A stretch of 64,000 nucleotides of DNA from Escherichia coli (GCF_045037415.1 NZ_CP173438.1), one strand, 5' to 3'; counted from the first letter of the stretch, positions 16,369 through 30,299 are shown. The notes: generated from the sequence alone by a model not told the origin. Numbers and translations: made by a program.

Positions 16369-16860
16369 TTAATCGCGGAAGTTTTTGAACTGGAACGGCT
16401 GACCCAGATCGCCACCACGTACCATCGCCATGACAGCCTGTAAATCATCACGAGATTTGCCCGTCACACGGATCTCATCGCCCTGAATTTGCGCCTGCAC
16501 TTTCAGTTTGCTGTCTTTGATCATTTTGACGATTTTCTTCTGAGTCGCGCTCTCAATGCCCTGTTTCAGTTTCGCTTCCACAAACCAGGTTTTACCGCTA
16601 TGAACGATATTTTCCGGTACATCCAGTGAACTGCCTTCAATGCCGCGCTTCAGCAACTTGGCACGCAGAATATCCAGCAACTGATTGACCTGGAAGTCGG
16701 ACTCGCTCAACACTTTGATGGTTTTGCTGGCGTCATTCAGCTCAAATGAGGCTTCAACGTTACGGAAGTCAAAACGGGACTCCACTTCGCGGCTCGCGTT
16801 ATCGACCGCGTTACGTGCTTCCTGAAGATCAACTTCAGAGACAATATCGAAAGATGGCAT
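16369..16860 (-). CDS. yajQ: Nucleotide-binding protein YajQ (UPF0234 family)
   Basis: ORF 16369..17028 trimmed to Met57 (163 aa) [22 protein letters not shown]. Confidence 0.85.
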
Positions 16861-16937
16861 CTTTTCCTCTCCCTTCATTTTTGATGCGAAGCATAATACC
16901 TGCAAAGTTAAATAACCAACAGTCCTGCACCAGGACG

Positions 16938-16985
16938 TATCCCTTAATTGTGCATAGTCGCAACAGCATGCACAATTAAGGGATA
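16938..16985. other. Perfect 18-bp inverted repeat (TATCCCTTAATTGTGCAT / ATGCACAATTAAGGGATA) with 12-nt spacer, yajQ/panE divergent region
   Basis: Read directly from sequence; arms are exact reverse complements. Confidence 0.85.
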
Positions 16986-17027
16986 GCCTTATTGAACACC
17001 CGGAGTGGTTGCGGGTGAGGAGGAACA

Positions 17028-18492
<1,465 letters not shown>

Positions 18493-18493
18493 T

Positions 18494-18533
18494 GTCGGAT
18501 GCGGTAAGCGTCGCATCTGACCAGATGCGACGT
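18494..18533. repeat. REP-like palindromic element / hairpin at the convergent yajL/thiI junction
   Basis: CGTCGCATCT-GACC-AGATGCGACG perfect 10-bp stem plus overlapping GATGCG..CGCATC palindrome. Confidence 0.6.
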
Positions 18534-18545
18534 TACAACCACATA

Positions 18546-19994
18546 TTACGGGCGATACACCTTCACATTGTTAAAGCCCTGCTCGCGCAGATAGAGCGCC
18601 TGCAGGCGGCTCATCACCCCGCGCTCACACCACAACAGCCAGTTTTTGCTCTGGTCGAGATCGCCAAATTTGGTGCTCAGTTTATAGAACGGCAGAGAAA
18701 CCACATCAATCCCTTCGACTTTCAGTGGCTTATCTTCCTGTTCATCGATAGAACGGATATCGAGGATCACGTCGTTCGGGCCGAAGCCATTGACGGTTTC
18801 CACTTCCACCACTTCCTGCTCGGTCTGCTGGGCGATTTCGCGGATATCAACGTTATTCGCTTCCTCCACCACTTTATCGAGAATGCTGAAGTCGAACTTC
18901 TCTTCTTCCGCTTCAATCTTCGATTTAACCGCTTTCACCGTCGGGCTTTTGGAAATCACGCCGCAATATTCCGGCATCGTGCGGGCAAAGTCTTCGGTGC
19001 CAATCTGGCGAGCCAGGTTGATGATGTGCTCTTTGTCGTAAGAGATCAGCGGACGCAGGATCAGCGTATCGGAGACGTTATCAATCAGGCGCAGGTTGGT
19101 CAGCGTCTGGCTGGACACCTGGCCGAGCGCTTCACCGGTAACCAGCGCCTGTACGCCGTAACGTTCTGCCACTTTGGACGCGGCACGCACCATCATACGT
19201 TTGAGGATAACGCCCATCTGACCGTCGTCGATTTTCTCGAGAATTTCACCGACGACCGGCTCAAAGTTAATGGCGACAAAACGCACGCGGTGGGAGCTAC
19301 CAAAACGGTTCCACAGATAATGCGCCACCTGACGAACACCAATTTCATGCGCCGCGCCGCCGAGATTAAAGAAGCAGTAATGCACGCGGCAGCCGCGACG
19401 CATCAACATATAACTGGAAACACCGGAGTCGAAACCACCGGAAATGAGCGACAACACATCTTCCTGGGTGCCGATCGGGAAACCGCCAATACCTTCGTAG
19501 CGGCCTTTAATCAGCAGCAGACGATCGTCTTCCACTTCCAGATGGACAGTCACTTCCGGATTGGTCAGCTTCACGCGCGCGGATTCAATATGCTGATTTA
19601 AACCGCCGCCGACGTAACGTTCCACATCAATCGAGCTAAAATCATGTTTGCCGCGGCGCTTCACGCGTACGCAGAAGGTTTTGCCTTCCAGCTGATCGCG
19701 ATATTGAACCAACGCTTTCTCGAAAATATCGTGCATGTCGGTAAACGGCACGTCTTCGACTTCGAGAATATGGTGGATACCCGGAATACGGGTCAGGGCG
19801 TCGCGAATAGCCAGACGCTGGTTTTCATCTTTTGCGCGAACTTCGATGTTATCCCAGTGGCGGACGACAGCGAGCGTCTCATCATAGTGCTTTAAAACGT
19901 TACGAATGTTCCCGGTAAGGATTTTTATAAAGCGCAAGCGCACAGATTGGCTTTTGATGGTGATTTCCGGGAACAATTTAATGATAAACTTCAT
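18546..19994 (-). CDS. thiI: tRNA 4-thiouridine synthase / thiazole biosynthesis protein ThiI
   Basis: 482 aa; PP-loop SGGFDS; C-terminal rhodanese-like domain with active Cys (CERGVMS region). Confidence 0.9.
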   Translation of the reverse strand: MKFIIKLFPEITIKSQSVRLRFIKILTGNIRNVLKHYDETLAVVRHWDNIEVRAKDENQRLAIRDALTRIPGIHHILEVEDVPFTDMHDIFEKALVQYRDQLEGKTFCVRVKRRGKHDFSSIDVERYVGGGLNQHIESARVKLTNPEVTVHLEVEDDRLLLIKGRYEGIGGFPIGTQEDVLSLISGGFDSGVSSYMLMRRGCRVHYCFFNLGGAAHEIGVRQVAHYLWNRFGSSHRVRFVAINFEPVVGEILEKIDDGQMGVILKRMMVRAASKVAERYGVQALVTGEALGQVSSQTLTNLRLIDNVSDTLILRPLISYDKEHIINLARQIGTEDFARTMPEYCGVISKSPTVKAVKSKIEAEEEKFDFSILDKVVEEANNVDIREIAQQTEQEVVEVETVNGFGPNDVILDIRSIDEQEDKPLKVEGIDVVSLPFYKLSTKFGDLDQSKNWLLWCERGVMSRLQALYLREQGFNNVKVYRP

Positions 19995-20199
19995 GGCGGC
20001 AATGGTTCGTTGGCAAGCCTTAAGCGACTTGTATAGGGAAAAATACAGCAGCCCACACCTGCGGCTGCATCCAGGCGCGGAAGTATACCACTAACATCGC
20101 TTTGCTGCGCACATCACCTTACCATTGCGCGTTATTTGCTATTTGCCCTGAGTCCGTTACCATGACGGGGCGAAAAATATTGAGAGTCAGACATTCATT

Positions 20200-20442
20200 A
20201 TGCCGAAGAAAAATGAGGCTCCCGCCAGCTTTGAAAAGGCGCTGAGCGAGCTGGAACAGATTGTAACCCGTCTGGAAAGTGGCGACCTGCCGCTGGAAGA
20301 GGCGCTGAACGAGTTCGAACGCGGCGTGCAGCTGGCACGTCAGGGGCAGGCTAAATTACAACAAGCCGAACAGCGCGTACAAATTCTGCTGTCTGACAAT
20401 GAAGACGCCTCTCTAACCCCTTTTACACCGGACAATGAGTAA
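20200..20442 (+). CDS. xseB: Exodeoxyribonuclease VII small subunit
   Basis: 80 aa [36 protein letters not shown]; recognised XseB. Confidence 0.9.
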
Positions 20443-21341
20443 TGGACTTTCCGCAGCAACTCGAAGCCTGCGTTAAGCAGGCCAACCAGGCGCTGAGCCG
20501 TTTTATCGCCCCACTGCCCTTTCAGAACACTCCCGTGGTCGAAACCATGCAGTATGGCGCATTATTAGGTGGTAAGCGCCTGCGACCTTTCCTGGTTTAT
20601 GCCACTGGTCATATGTTCGGCGTTAGCACAAACACACTGGACGCACCCGCTGCCGCCGTAGAGTGTATCCACGCTTACTCATTAATTCATGATGATTTAC
20701 CGGCGATGGATGATGACGATCTGCGTCGCGGTTTGCCGACCTGCCATGTGAAGTTTGGCGAAGCAAACGCGATTCTCGCTGGTGACGCTTTACAAACGCT
20801 GGCGTTCTCGATTCTAAGCGATGCCGATATGCCGGAAGTGTCAGATCGCGACAGAATTTCGATGATTTCTGAGTTGGCGAGCGCCAGCGGTATTGCCGGA
20901 ATGTGCGGTGGTCAGGCATTAGATTTAGACGCTGAAGGCAAACACGTACCTCTGGACGCGCTTGAGCGTATTCATCGTCATAAAACCGGCGCATTGATTC
21001 GCGCCGCCGTTCGCCTTGGTGCATTAAGCGCCGGAGATAAAGGACGTCGTGCTCTGCCAGTACTCGACAAGTACGCAGAGAGCATCGGCCTTGCCTTCCA
21101 GGTTCAGGATGACATCCTGGATGTGGTGGGAGATACTGCAACGTTGGGAAAACGCCAGGGTGCCGACCAGCAACTTGGTAAAAGTACCTACCCTGCACTT
21201 CTGGGTCTTGAGCAAGCCCGGAAGAAAGCCCGGGATCTGATCGACGATGCCCGTCAGTCGCTGAAACAACTGACTGAACAGTCATTCGATACCTCGGCAC
21301 TGGAAGCGCTAGCGGACTACATCATCCAGCGTAATAAATAA
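20442..21341 (+). CDS. ispA: Farnesyl diphosphate synthase (geranyltranstransferase)
   Basis: 299 aa; two Asp-rich motifs (IHDDLPAMDDDDLRRG and FQVQDDILD); start overlaps xseB stop. Confidence 0.95.
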   Translation: MDFPQQLEACVKQANQALSRFIAPLPFQNTPVVETMQYGALLGGKRLRPFLVYATGHMFGVSTNTLDAPAAAVECIHAYSLIHDDLPAMDDDDLRRGLPTCHVKFGEANAILAGDALQTLAFSILSDADMPEVSDRDRISMISELASASGIAGMCGGQALDLDAEGKHVPLDALERIHRHKTGALIRAAVRLGALSAGDKGRRALPVLDKYAESIGLAFQVQDDILDVVGDTATLGKRQGADQQLGKSTYPALLGLEQARKKARDLIDDARQSLKQLTEQSFDTSALEALADYIIQRNK

Positions 21342-21365
21342 ACAATAAGTATTAATAGGCCCCTG

Positions 21366-23228
21366 ATGAGTTTTGATATTGCCAAATACCCGACCCTGGC
21401 ACTGGTCGACTCCACCCAGGAGTTACGACTGTTGCCGAAAGAGAGTTTACCGAAACTCTGCGACGAACTGCGCCGCTATTTACTCGACAGCGTGAGCCGT
21501 TCCAGCGGGCACTTCGCCTCCGGGCTGGGCACGGTCGAACTGACCGTGGCGCTGCACTATGTCTACAATACCCCGTTTGACCAGTTAATCTGGGATGTGG
21601 GGCATCAGGCTTATCCGCATAAAATTTTGACCGGGCGCCGCGACAAAATCGGCACCATTCGTCAGAAAGGTGGCCTGCACCCGTTCCCGTGGCGCGGCGA
21701 AAGCGAATATGACGTATTAAGCGTCGGGCATTCATCAACCTCCATCAGTGCCGGAATTGGTATTGCGGTTGCTGCCGAGAAAGAAGGCAAAAATCGCCGC
21801 ACCGTCTGTGTCATTGGCGATGGCGCGATTACTGCTGGCATGGCGTTTGAAGCGATGAATCACGCGGGCGATATCCGTCCTGATATGCTGGTGGTTCTCA
21901 ACGACAATGAAATGTCGATTTCCGAAAATGTTGGCGCGCTCAACAACCATCTGGCGCAGCTGCTTTCCGGTAAGCTTTACTCTTCACTGCGCGAAGGCGG
22001 AAAAAAAGTTTTCTCTGGCGTGCCACCCATTAAAGAGCTGCTCAAACGTACCGAAGAACATATTAAAGGCATGGTAGTGCCTGGCACGTTGTTTGAAGAG
22101 CTGGGCTTTAACTACATCGGCCCGGTGGACGGTCACGATGTGCTGGGGCTTATCACCACGCTTAAGAACATGCGCGACCTGAAAGGCCCGCAGTTCCTGC
22201 ATATCATGACCAAAAAAGGTCGTGGTTATGAACCGGCAGAAAAAGACCCAATCACCTTCCACGCCGTGCCTAAATTTGATCCCTCCAGCGGTTGTCTGCC
22301 GAAAAGTAGCGGCGGTTTACCAAGCTATTCAAAAATCTTTGGCGACTGGTTGTGCGAAACCGCAGCGAAAGATAACAAGCTGATGGCGATTACTCCGGCG
22401 ATGCGTGAAGGTTCCGGCATGGTCGAGTTTTCACGTAAATTCCCGGATCGCTACTTTGACGTGGCAATTGCCGAGCAACACGCAGTAACCTTTGCTGCGG
22501 GTCTGGCGATTGGAGGCTACAAACCCATTGTCGCGATCTACTCCACCTTCCTGCAACGCGCCTATGATCAGGTGCTGCATGACGTGGCGATTCAAAAGCT
22601 TCCGGTCCTGTTCGCCATCGACCGTGCGGGCATTGTTGGCGCTGACGGTCAAACCCACCAGGGCGCTTTTGATCTCTCTTACCTGCGCTGCATACCGGAA
22701 ATGGTCATTATGACCCCGAGCGATGAAAACGAATGTCGCCAGATGCTCTATACCGGCTATCACTATAACGATGGCCCGTCCGCGGTGCGCTACCCGCGCG
22801 GCAACGCAGTTGGCGTGGAACTGACGCCACTGGAAAAACTGCCAATTGGCAAAGGCATTGTGAAGCGTCGTGGTGAGAAACTGGCGATCCTTAACTTTGG
22901 TACGCTGATGCCAGAAGCGGCGAAAGTCGCTGAATCGCTGAACGCTACGCTGGTCGATATGCGTTTCGTGAAACCGCTTGATGAAGCGTTAATTCTGGAA
23001 ATGGCCGCCAGCCATGAAGCGCTGGTTACCGTAGAAGAAAACGCCATTATGGGCGGTGCAGGCAGCGGCGTGAACGAAGTGTTGATGGCCCATCGTAAAC
23101 CAGTACCCGTGCTGAACATTGGCCTGCCGGACTTCTTTATTCCACAAGGAACTCAGGAAGAAATGCGCGCCGAACTCGGCCTCGATGCCACCGGTATGGA
23201 AGCCAAAATCAAAGCCTGGCTGGCATAA
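21366..23228 (+). CDS. dxs: 1-deoxy-D-xylulose-5-phosphate synthase
   Basis: 620 aa [23 protein letters not shown]; ThDP-binding [18 protein letters not shown]; recognised Dxs. Confidence 0.95.
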   Translation: MSFDIAKYPTLALVDSTQELRLLPKESLPKLCDELRRYLLDSVSRSSGHFASGLGTVELTVALHYVYNTPFDQLIWDVGHQAYPHKILTGRRDKIGTIRQKGGLHPFPWRGESEYDVLSVGHSSTSISAGIGIAVAAEKEGKNRRTVCVIGDGAITAGMAFEAMNHAGDIRPDMLVVLNDNEMSISENVGALNNHLAQLLSGKLYSSLREGGKKVFSGVPPIKELLKRTEEHIKGMVVPGTLFEELGFNYIGPVDGHDVLGLITTLKNMRDLKGPQFLHIMTKKGRGYEPAEKDPITFHAVPKFDPSSGCLPKSSGGLPSYSKIFGDWLCETAAKDNKLMAITPAMREGSGMVEFSRKFPDRYFDVAIAEQHAVTFAAGLAIGGYKPIVAIYSTFLQRAYDQVLHDVAIQKLPVLFAIDRAGIVGADGQTHQGAFDLSYLRCIPEMVIMTPSDENECRQMLYTGYHYNDGPSAVRYPRGNAVGVELTPLEKLPIGKGIVKRRGEKLAILNFGTLMPEAAKVAESLNATLVDMRFVKPLDEALILEMAASHEALVTVEENAIMGGAGSGVNEVLMAHRKPVPVLNIGLPDFFIPQGTQEEMRAELGLDATGMEAKIKAWLA

Positions 23229-23282
23229 TCCCTACTCCACTCCTGCTATGCTTAAGAAATTATTCATGGCAGGAGTGGCAGC

Positions 23283-24257
23283 ATGCAATACAACCCCTTA
23301 GGAAAAACCGACCTTCGCGTTTCCCGACTTTGCCTCGGATGTATGACCTTTGGCGAGCCAGATCGCGGTAATCACGCATGGACACTGCCGGAAGAGAGCA
23401 GCCGTCCCATCATTAAACGTGCGCTGGAAGGCGGCATAAATTTCTTTGATACCGCCAATAGCTATTCCGATGGCAGCAGCGAAGAGATCGTCGGTCGCGC
23501 ACTGCGGGATTTCGCCCGTCGTGAAGACGTGGTCGTTGCGACCAAAGTGTTCCATCGCGTTGGTGATTTACCTGAAGGATTATCCCGTGCACAAATTTTG
23601 CGCTCTATCGACGACAGCCTGCGCCGTCTCGGCATGGATTATGTCGATATCCTGCAAATTCATCGCTGGGATTACAACACGCCGATCGAAGAGACGCTGG
23701 AAGCCCTGAACGACGTGGTAAAAGTCGGGAAAGCGCGTTATATCGGCGCGTCATCCATGCACGCTTCGCAGTTTGCTCAAGCACTGGAACTACAAAAACA
23801 GCACGGCTGGGCGCAGTTTGTCAGTATGCAGGATCACTACAATCTGATTTATCGTGAAGAAGAGCGCGAGATGCTGCCGCTGTGTTATCAGGAAGGCGTG
23901 GCGGTGATTCCATGGAGCCCGCTGGCGCGGGGCCGTCTGACGCGTCCTTGGGGAGAAACCACCGCACGGCTGGTGTCGGATGAAGTGGGGAAAAATCTCT
24001 ACCAAGAAAGCGATGAAAATGACGCACAAATTGCAGAACGCTTAACGGGCGTCAGTGAAGAACTTGGTGCAACGCGAGCACAAGTTGCGCTGGCCTGGTT
24101 GTTGAGTAAACCGGGCATTGCCGCACCGATTATCGGAACTTCTCGGGAGGAACAGCTTGATGAACTGCTAAACGCGGTGGATATCACCTTGAAGCCGGAA
24201 CAAATCGCCGAGCTGGAAACGCCGTATAAACCGCATCCGGTCGTAGGATTTAAATAG
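23283..24257 (+). CDS. yajO: Aldo-keto reductase YajO
   Basis: 324 aa; AKR-family features; recognised YajO downstream of dxs. Confidence 0.85.
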   Translation: MQYNPLGKTDLRVSRLCLGCMTFGEPDRGNHAWTLPEESSRPIIKRALEGGINFFDTANSYSDGSSEEIVGRALRDFARREDVVVATKVFHRVGDLPEGLSRAQILRSIDDSLRRLGMDYVDILQIHRWDYNTPIEETLEALNDVVKVGKARYIGASSMHASQFAQALELQKQHGWAQFVSMQDHYNLIYREEEREMLPLCYQEGVAVIPWSPLARGRLTRPWGETTARLVSDEVGKNLYQESDENDAQIAERLTGVSEELGATRAQVALAWLLSKPGIAAPIIGTSREEQLDELLNAVDITLKPEQIAELETPYKPHPVVGFK

Positions 24258-24262
24258 GTATA

Positions 24263-24303
24263 CAGGCCTGATGAGACGTGACAAGCGTCACATCAGGCAT
24301 CGG
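24263..24303. repeat. REP element at the convergent yajO/pgpA junction
   Basis: AGGCCTGATGAGACGTGACAAGCGTCACATCAGGCATCGG, typical REP palindrome. Confidence 0.75.
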
Positions 24304-24310
24304 TGCACAA

Positions 24311-24829
24311 CTACGACAGAATACCCAGCGGCCAGTGATGTCCAATAAAGTACAGGATGACTGCGGAGATCACCCCGGCGACAATATCGTCAATCATGAT
24401 CCCCATGCCGCCATGTACATTGCGATCAAACCAGCGGATCGGCCACGGCTTCCACATATCCAGAATACGGAAAATCACAAATCCGGCGGTAACCCACTGC
24501 CAGTCATTGGTCGGCAGCGCCATGAGCGTAATCCACATACCAATAAATTCGTCCCAGACAATACTGCCGTGATCGTGCACGCCCATGTCTTTCGCCGTTT
24601 GATGACAAAGATAGACGCCGATACAGATCCCCAGCATCACCACCAGCGAATAGAGCTGCCAGGGCAAAAAAGTCATCAGATACCAGAAGGGAATCGCCGC
24701 CAGCGACCCCATCGTGCCAGGAACGATCGGGCTTAATCCACTTCCGAATCCGACAGCAAGCAGATGCCACGGATTACTCATTTTCAGGCGACTTTTCGCG
24801 ACATCTTTATGGCGTGGCAAAATGGTCAT
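24311..24829 (-). CDS. pgpA: Phosphatidylglycerophosphatase A
   Basis: 172 aa membrane protein [31 protein letters not shown]; recognised PgpA; overlaps thiL 3' end by 23 nt. Confidence 0.9.
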
Positions 24830-25784
24830 ATCCTTTCCAGTCTAACGTGACAGGTTCGCCGTCACGAATAAAACAAAGCCCTTCGATATCGGCGGTCATT
24901 TGCCCGATACAGGTAAACGGTACGCCCAGGTGTCCGAGAGCCACATCCAGCGCGCCACGGTTCAGTTCCGGCACCGTAAAACACAACTCGTAATCTTCGC
25001 CGCCAGAGAGCGCCCAGCGCAGCGCCTGTTCCGGTTCAACATGGCGAGAAAGCGCATCAGAAAACGGCAGCAATGCCAGGTCAATACGTGCGCCGCAGTC
25101 GCTGGCTTTCACGATATGCCCGAGATCGGAAATCAGACCGTCAGAGAGATCGATAGCTGAATTTGCCAGATCGCGCAGTGCCTGCCCCTGTAAAATACGT
25201 GGCGACGGACGGAGATGACGTTTGATCAAGTAGTCCGCATCTTTAGCATCGGCAACCTGCAAACGGTTTTGCAAAATCGCCAGCCCGGCAGCGCTATCGC
25301 CCGGTGTACCGGTCACATAGATCCAGTCACCCGGTTTCGCCCCAGAGCGCGTTAAGGCTCGTCCCATCGGAACAAAGCCGTGGATACCCAACGTCATTGA
25401 TAATGGCCCACGCGTGGTATCGCCGCCAATAAGTTGCATATCGTAATAATTGAGAAGATCAAACAAGCTGTCGCTGAAGGACTCAAGCCACGCTTCGTCT
25501 ACGTCCGGTAAGGTTAATGCCAGCGTCAGCCAGGCCGGATCGGCCCCCATCGCTGCCAGATCGCTTAGGTTCACCGCCAGTGCTTTATAAGCCAGATCAG
25601 CAGGATCGATATCAGGGAGGAAGTGGTTGCCCGCCACCAGCGTATCAGTGCTGATCGCCAGGGTCTGTTTCTCGGGGATATTGAGAAGAGCGCAATCGTC
25701 GCCGATGCCCAGTTCGACATCAAGACGAGAACTTCTTACACGGTCAAAATAACGGGCAATCAGGGAGAACTCGCCACATGCCAT
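24807..25784 (-). CDS. thiL: Thiamine-monophosphate kinase
   Basis: 325 aa [16 protein letters not shown]; AIR-synthase-related fold; recognised ThiL. Confidence 0.9.
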
Positions 25785-25861
25785 ACGTTACGCCTCAGCA
25801 GATAAAAAAGAAAAGGCCGGCGATCATGGAACGGTCTTCCGTGAATCTACCGGCTTGGATA

Positions 25862-26281
25862 TTACTTTTTGTTAGGGCGAATCACAGGTGCTGCTTTATC
25901 GAGTACGCCGTTGACGAACTTATGGCTGTCTTCTGCGCCGAACGATTTCGCCAGTTCGATCGCTTCGTTAATGGCCACTTTGTATGGCACATCGCTACGT
26001 TTAGACAGCTCGTACAGCGCAATGCGCAGTACTGCTTTTTCTACCTGGCCCAGTTCTTCCAGCAGACGGGACAGGTACGGCTTCATCAGTCCGTCGAGGT
26101 ATGCGGTGTTAGTCGCCACCCCGGCCAGCAGCTCACGGAAGTACAGGACGTCAACGTCTTTTACATCCTGTTCAGCCAGGAACTGGTATTCAACATCAGC
26201 GATGTCGTTCTGGGACAACTGCCAGGAGTAGAGCGCCTGGACGGCACACTCACGAGCGCGGCGACGAGCAGCAGGTTTCAC
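25862..26281 (-). CDS. nusB: Transcription antitermination factor NusB
   Basis: 139 aa [25 protein letters not shown]; recognised NusB; ORF-track start is a non-ATG codon. Confidence 0.9.
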
Positions 26282-26300
26282 GGATTTCCCCTTACTAATT

Positions 26301-26771
26301 TCAGGCCTTGATGGCTTTCAATACATTAATCATTTCAAGCGCGGTCAGTGCAGCTTCTGCACCTTTGTTGCCAGCTTTGGTGCCAGCACGTTCGATCGCT
26401 TGTTCAATGCTTTCAGTGGTCAGAACACCAAAAGCAACCGGAATTTCGCTGTCCTGGGCAACATGCGCCAGGCCGTTGCTTGCACCACCAGCGACATATT
26501 CAAAGTGGGCAGTGCCACCACGAATAACCGTACCCAGCGCAATCACCGCGTCGTATTTACCGGTTTTAGCCAGTGCACCCGCCGCCAGCGGCAGCTCATA
26601 GGCACCAGGCACCCAAACAACGGTAATGTTTTCATCTTTTACCTGACCGATACGTTTCAGTGCGTCAATTGCACCTTCCAGCAGGCTGTCATTGATAAAG
26701 TTGTTGAAACGCGCGATGGTGATGGCGACGCGAGCGTCCGGGGTAGCAACGTTAGCTTCAATAATGTTCAT
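26301..26771 (-). CDS. ribH: 6,7-dimethyl-8-ribityllumazine synthase
   Basis: ORF 26301..26867 trimmed to Met33 (156 aa) [26 protein letters not shown]; also called ribE. Confidence 0.9.
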
Positions 26772-26859
26772 TTTCTTCCTTCGGGTTCGAGTATGGCCCC
26801 GCAGGGGGGCGGATTTTAGCATAATATTTCGTGCGCTGCTTCCCTTTCGAGCCGGGAGA

Positions 26860-27963
26860 TCATGCACCCACTAAATGCAGGCAAACATCCGGGCCTACAT
26901 GACGTATCTCTTTGAATTTAAATTGGGGAGCGTCGGCTAATTTCTCAAGCCCTGGCAGCGTGCATAATCCACGGGCGTCGTTGCCTAATAGTTTAGGTGC
27001 GATATAGACAATCAGCTCATCGACTAAACCCGCCTGTAGCAATGCGCCAGCGAGCGTTGGCCCCGCTTCCACCCAGATGCTGTTAATCTGCTGTTTACCC
27101 AGTTGCATCATTAGTACAACCAGATCCAGGTGACCTTTATGCTCTGGAATCAGCAAGGTACGCACCGTTTCCGGCCACTCACGAGAATCTTCCTGCGTAC
27201 GCGCGAACCAGGTTTCGCCGGGCTGCTGCACAATGCGATGTTCCGGCGTCACGCGATTTTGGCTATCAATCACAATACGTACTGGCTGACGGAGATTTTG
27301 TTGCGGGTAGAGCCCCTGAGTTTGTTCATCCAGTTCAGACCAACGCACTGTTAAGGCTGGATCATCCGCCAGCACCGTGGCGCTGCTGGTTAAAATGGCA
27401 TGACTTTGCGCGCGCAGTCGTTGTACGTCGCGTCGCGCCTGAGGCGAAGTGATCCACTGGCTTTCGCCACTCGCCATCGCCGTGCGACCATCAAGCGATG
27501 CGCCAAGTTTTAACTGAATATAAGGAAAGCCGGTGCGCATCCGCTTGAGAAAGCCTTTATTCAATTGCTCAGCTTCACTCATCATCAGCCCGTGGCTGAC
27601 GTCAATGCCAGCCTGTTGCAGACGGTAAAGTCCACGTCCAGCAACCTGCGGATTGGGGTCTTGCATTGCAGCAACCACGCGCGCCACGCCCGCAGCAATT
27701 AATGCATCACAACACGGTGGCGTACGACCATGATGGCTACAGGGTTCGAGTGTGACATACGCCGTTGCGCCTTTGGCTTTTTCGCCGGCCATGCGCAACG
27801 CGTGTACCTCGGCATGCGGTTCACCCGCTCGTTGATGGTAACCTTCACCGACAATTTCGCCATCTTTGACAATGACGCACCCGACATTCGGGTTGGGATG
27901 CGTGGTAAAACGTCCTCGTTGCGCCAGCTTTAGCGCCCGCGCCATGTAATACTCGTCCTGCAC
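26860..27963 (-). CDS. ribD: Bifunctional riboflavin biosynthesis deaminase/reductase RibD
   Basis: 367 aa; CMP/dCMP deaminase zinc motif [15 protein letters not shown]; C-terminal reductase domain. Confidence 0.9.
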
Positions 27964-27966
27964 GGC

Positions 27967-28452
<486 letters not shown>

Positions 28453-28566
28453 TTACCCTGAACTGACGATACAACAAAGGCGCAACGCTTTTGAGATAAA
28501 GGATCGATGCTTTCACTGCTTTTACCCTCTACCATTAGGCTAATTGCGACGAGAAAGGGACGACCT

Positions 28567-29106
28567 ATGAATACTAACGTTTTTCGACTGCTCCTGCTGG
28601 GAAGCCTGTTCAGCCTTAGCGCCTGTGTGCAGCAAAGTGAAGTGCGACAGATGAAACACAGCGTCAGCACGCTGAACCAGGAGATGACGCAACTCAATAA
28701 AGAAACGGTCAAAATCACTCAGCAAAACAAGCTGAATGCAAAATCCAGCAGTGGGGTTTACCTTCTGCCTGGAGCAAAAACACCAGCAAGACTGGAAAGC
28801 CAGATCGGTACTTTACGTATGTCGCTGGTGAATATTACGCCTGACACAGATGGCACTACCCTGACGCTACGTATTCAGGGCGAATCCAATGACCCTTTAC
28901 CCGCATTCAGCGGAACCGTTGAATATGGGCAAATTCAGGGAACAATAGACAACTTTCAGGAAATCAATGTGCAGAATCAATTGATTAACGCCCCTGCCAG
29001 CGTCCTCGCCCCCAGCGATGTTGATATTCCGTTACAGTTAAAGGGTATTTCTGTGGATCAGTTAGGCTTTGTACGTATCCACGACATTCAACCTGTTATG
29101 CAGTAA
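28567..29106 (+). CDS. yajI: Lipoprotein YajI
   Basis: ORF 28507..29106 trimmed to Met21 (179 aa) MNTNVFRLLLLGSLFSLSAC lipobox signal. Confidence 0.8.
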   Translation: MNTNVFRLLLLGSLFSLSACVQQSEVRQMKHSVSTLNQEMTQLNKETVKITQQNKLNAKSSSGVYLLPGAKTPARLESQIGTLRMSLVNITPDTDGTTLTLRIQGESNDPLPAFSGTVEYGQIQGTIDNFQEINVQNQLINAPASVLAPSDVDIPLQLKGISVDQLGFVRIHDIQPVMQ

Positions 29107-29111
29107 ACGTA

Positions 29112-29150
29112 TTGCGGGGCGATATTGTGCGTCCCGCAACATCTTTCTCC
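29112..29150 (+). terminator. Terminator-like hairpin after yajI
   Basis: UUGCGGGGCG..CGUCCCGCAA stem followed by CAUCUUUCUCC; 6 nt past the yajI stop. Confidence 0.6.
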
Positions 29151-29404
29151 GTCATTTTGTTACTCCGCTTACATCACCTGGATTGATAGTAAAAGTTTGC
29201 AACAAGGGTGAAAGTCAGTACAATCCCCGCCCGAATGTGTGTAAACGTGAACGCAATCGATTACGTAAATGATAGAACTGTGAAACGAAACATATTTTTG
29301 TGAGCAATGATTTTTATAATAGGCTCCTCTGTATACGAAATATTTAGAAACGCAATTTGCGCCTTTTTCACTCCCGCAAGGGATTTTCAAACAGTGGCAT
29401 ACAT
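29151..29404 (+). promoter_or_regulatory. tsx promoter region (known in E. coli to carry two promoters under CRP/CytR/DeoR control)
   Basis: ~250-bp AT-rich region upstream of tsx with TGTGA-containing CRP-like half sites (e.g. CTGTGAAACGAAACATA); site-level assignment not resolved by eye. Confidence 0.5.
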
Positions 29405-30289
29405 ATGAAAAAAACATTACTGGCAGCCGGTGCGGTACTGGCGCTCTCTTCGTCTTTTACTGTCAACGCAGCTGAAAACGACAAACCGCAGTATCTTTCC
29501 GACTGGTGGCACCAGAGCGTTAACGTTGTCGGAAGCTATCACACCCGTTTCGGACCGCAGCTCCGCAACGATACCTACCTTGAGTACGAAGCATTCGCTA
29601 AAAAAGACTGGTTCGACTTCTATGGTTATGCGGATGCGCCGGTATTCTTCGGCGGTAACTCCGATGCAAAAGGTATCTGGAACCACGGTTCTCCGCTGTT
29701 TATGGAAATCGAACCGCGTTTCTCCATTGACAAGCTGACCAATACTGACCTTAGCTTCGGTCCGTTCAAAGAGTGGTACTTCGCGAACAACTACATTTAC
29801 GACATGGGTCGTAATAAAGATGGCCGCCAGAGCACCTGGTACATGGGTCTGGGTACCGACATCGATACTGGTCTGCCGATGAGCCTGTCCATGAACGTCT
29901 ATGCGAAATACCAGTGGCAGAACTACGGCGCAGCGAACGAAAACGAGTGGGACGGTTACCGTTTCAAAGTGAAGTACTTTGTGCCGATTACCGATCTGTG
30001 GGGCGGCCAGCTGAGCTACATCGGCTTCACCAACTTCGACTGGGGTTCCGACCTGGGCGATGACAGCGGTTATGCGAACAACGGTATTAAAACACGTACC
30101 AATAACTCTATTGCGTCCAGCCATATTCTGGCGCTGAATTACGATCACTGGCACTACTCTGTCGTTGCCCGTTACTGGCATAACGGTGGTCAGTGGAATG
30201 ACGATGCAGAACTGAACTTCGGCAACGGCAACTTCAACGTTCGCTCTACCGGCTGGGGTGGTTATCTGGTAGTAGGTTACAACTTCTAA
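29405..30289 (+). CDS. tsx: Nucleoside-specific outer-membrane channel Tsx (phage T6 / colicin K receptor)
   Basis: ORF 29357..30289 trimmed to Met17 (294 aa) [22 protein letters not shown] signal peptide; beta-barrel-like aromatic-rich sequence ending ..GYNF. Confidence 0.9.
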   Translation: MKKTLLAAGAVLALSSSFTVNAAENDKPQYLSDWWHQSVNVVGSYHTRFGPQLRNDTYLEYEAFAKKDWFDFYGYADAPVFFGGNSDAKGIWNHGSPLFMEIEPRFSIDKLTNTDLSFGPFKEWYFANNYIYDMGRNKDGRQSTWYMGLGTDIDTGLPMSLSMNVYAKYQWQNYGAANENEWDGYRFKVKYFVPITDLWGGQLSYIGFTNFDWGSDLGDDSGYANNGIKTRTNNSIASSHILALNYDHWHYSVVARYWHNGGQWNDDAELNFGNGNFNVRSTGWGGYLVVGYNF

Positions 30290-30299
30290 TTGTGAGAAT

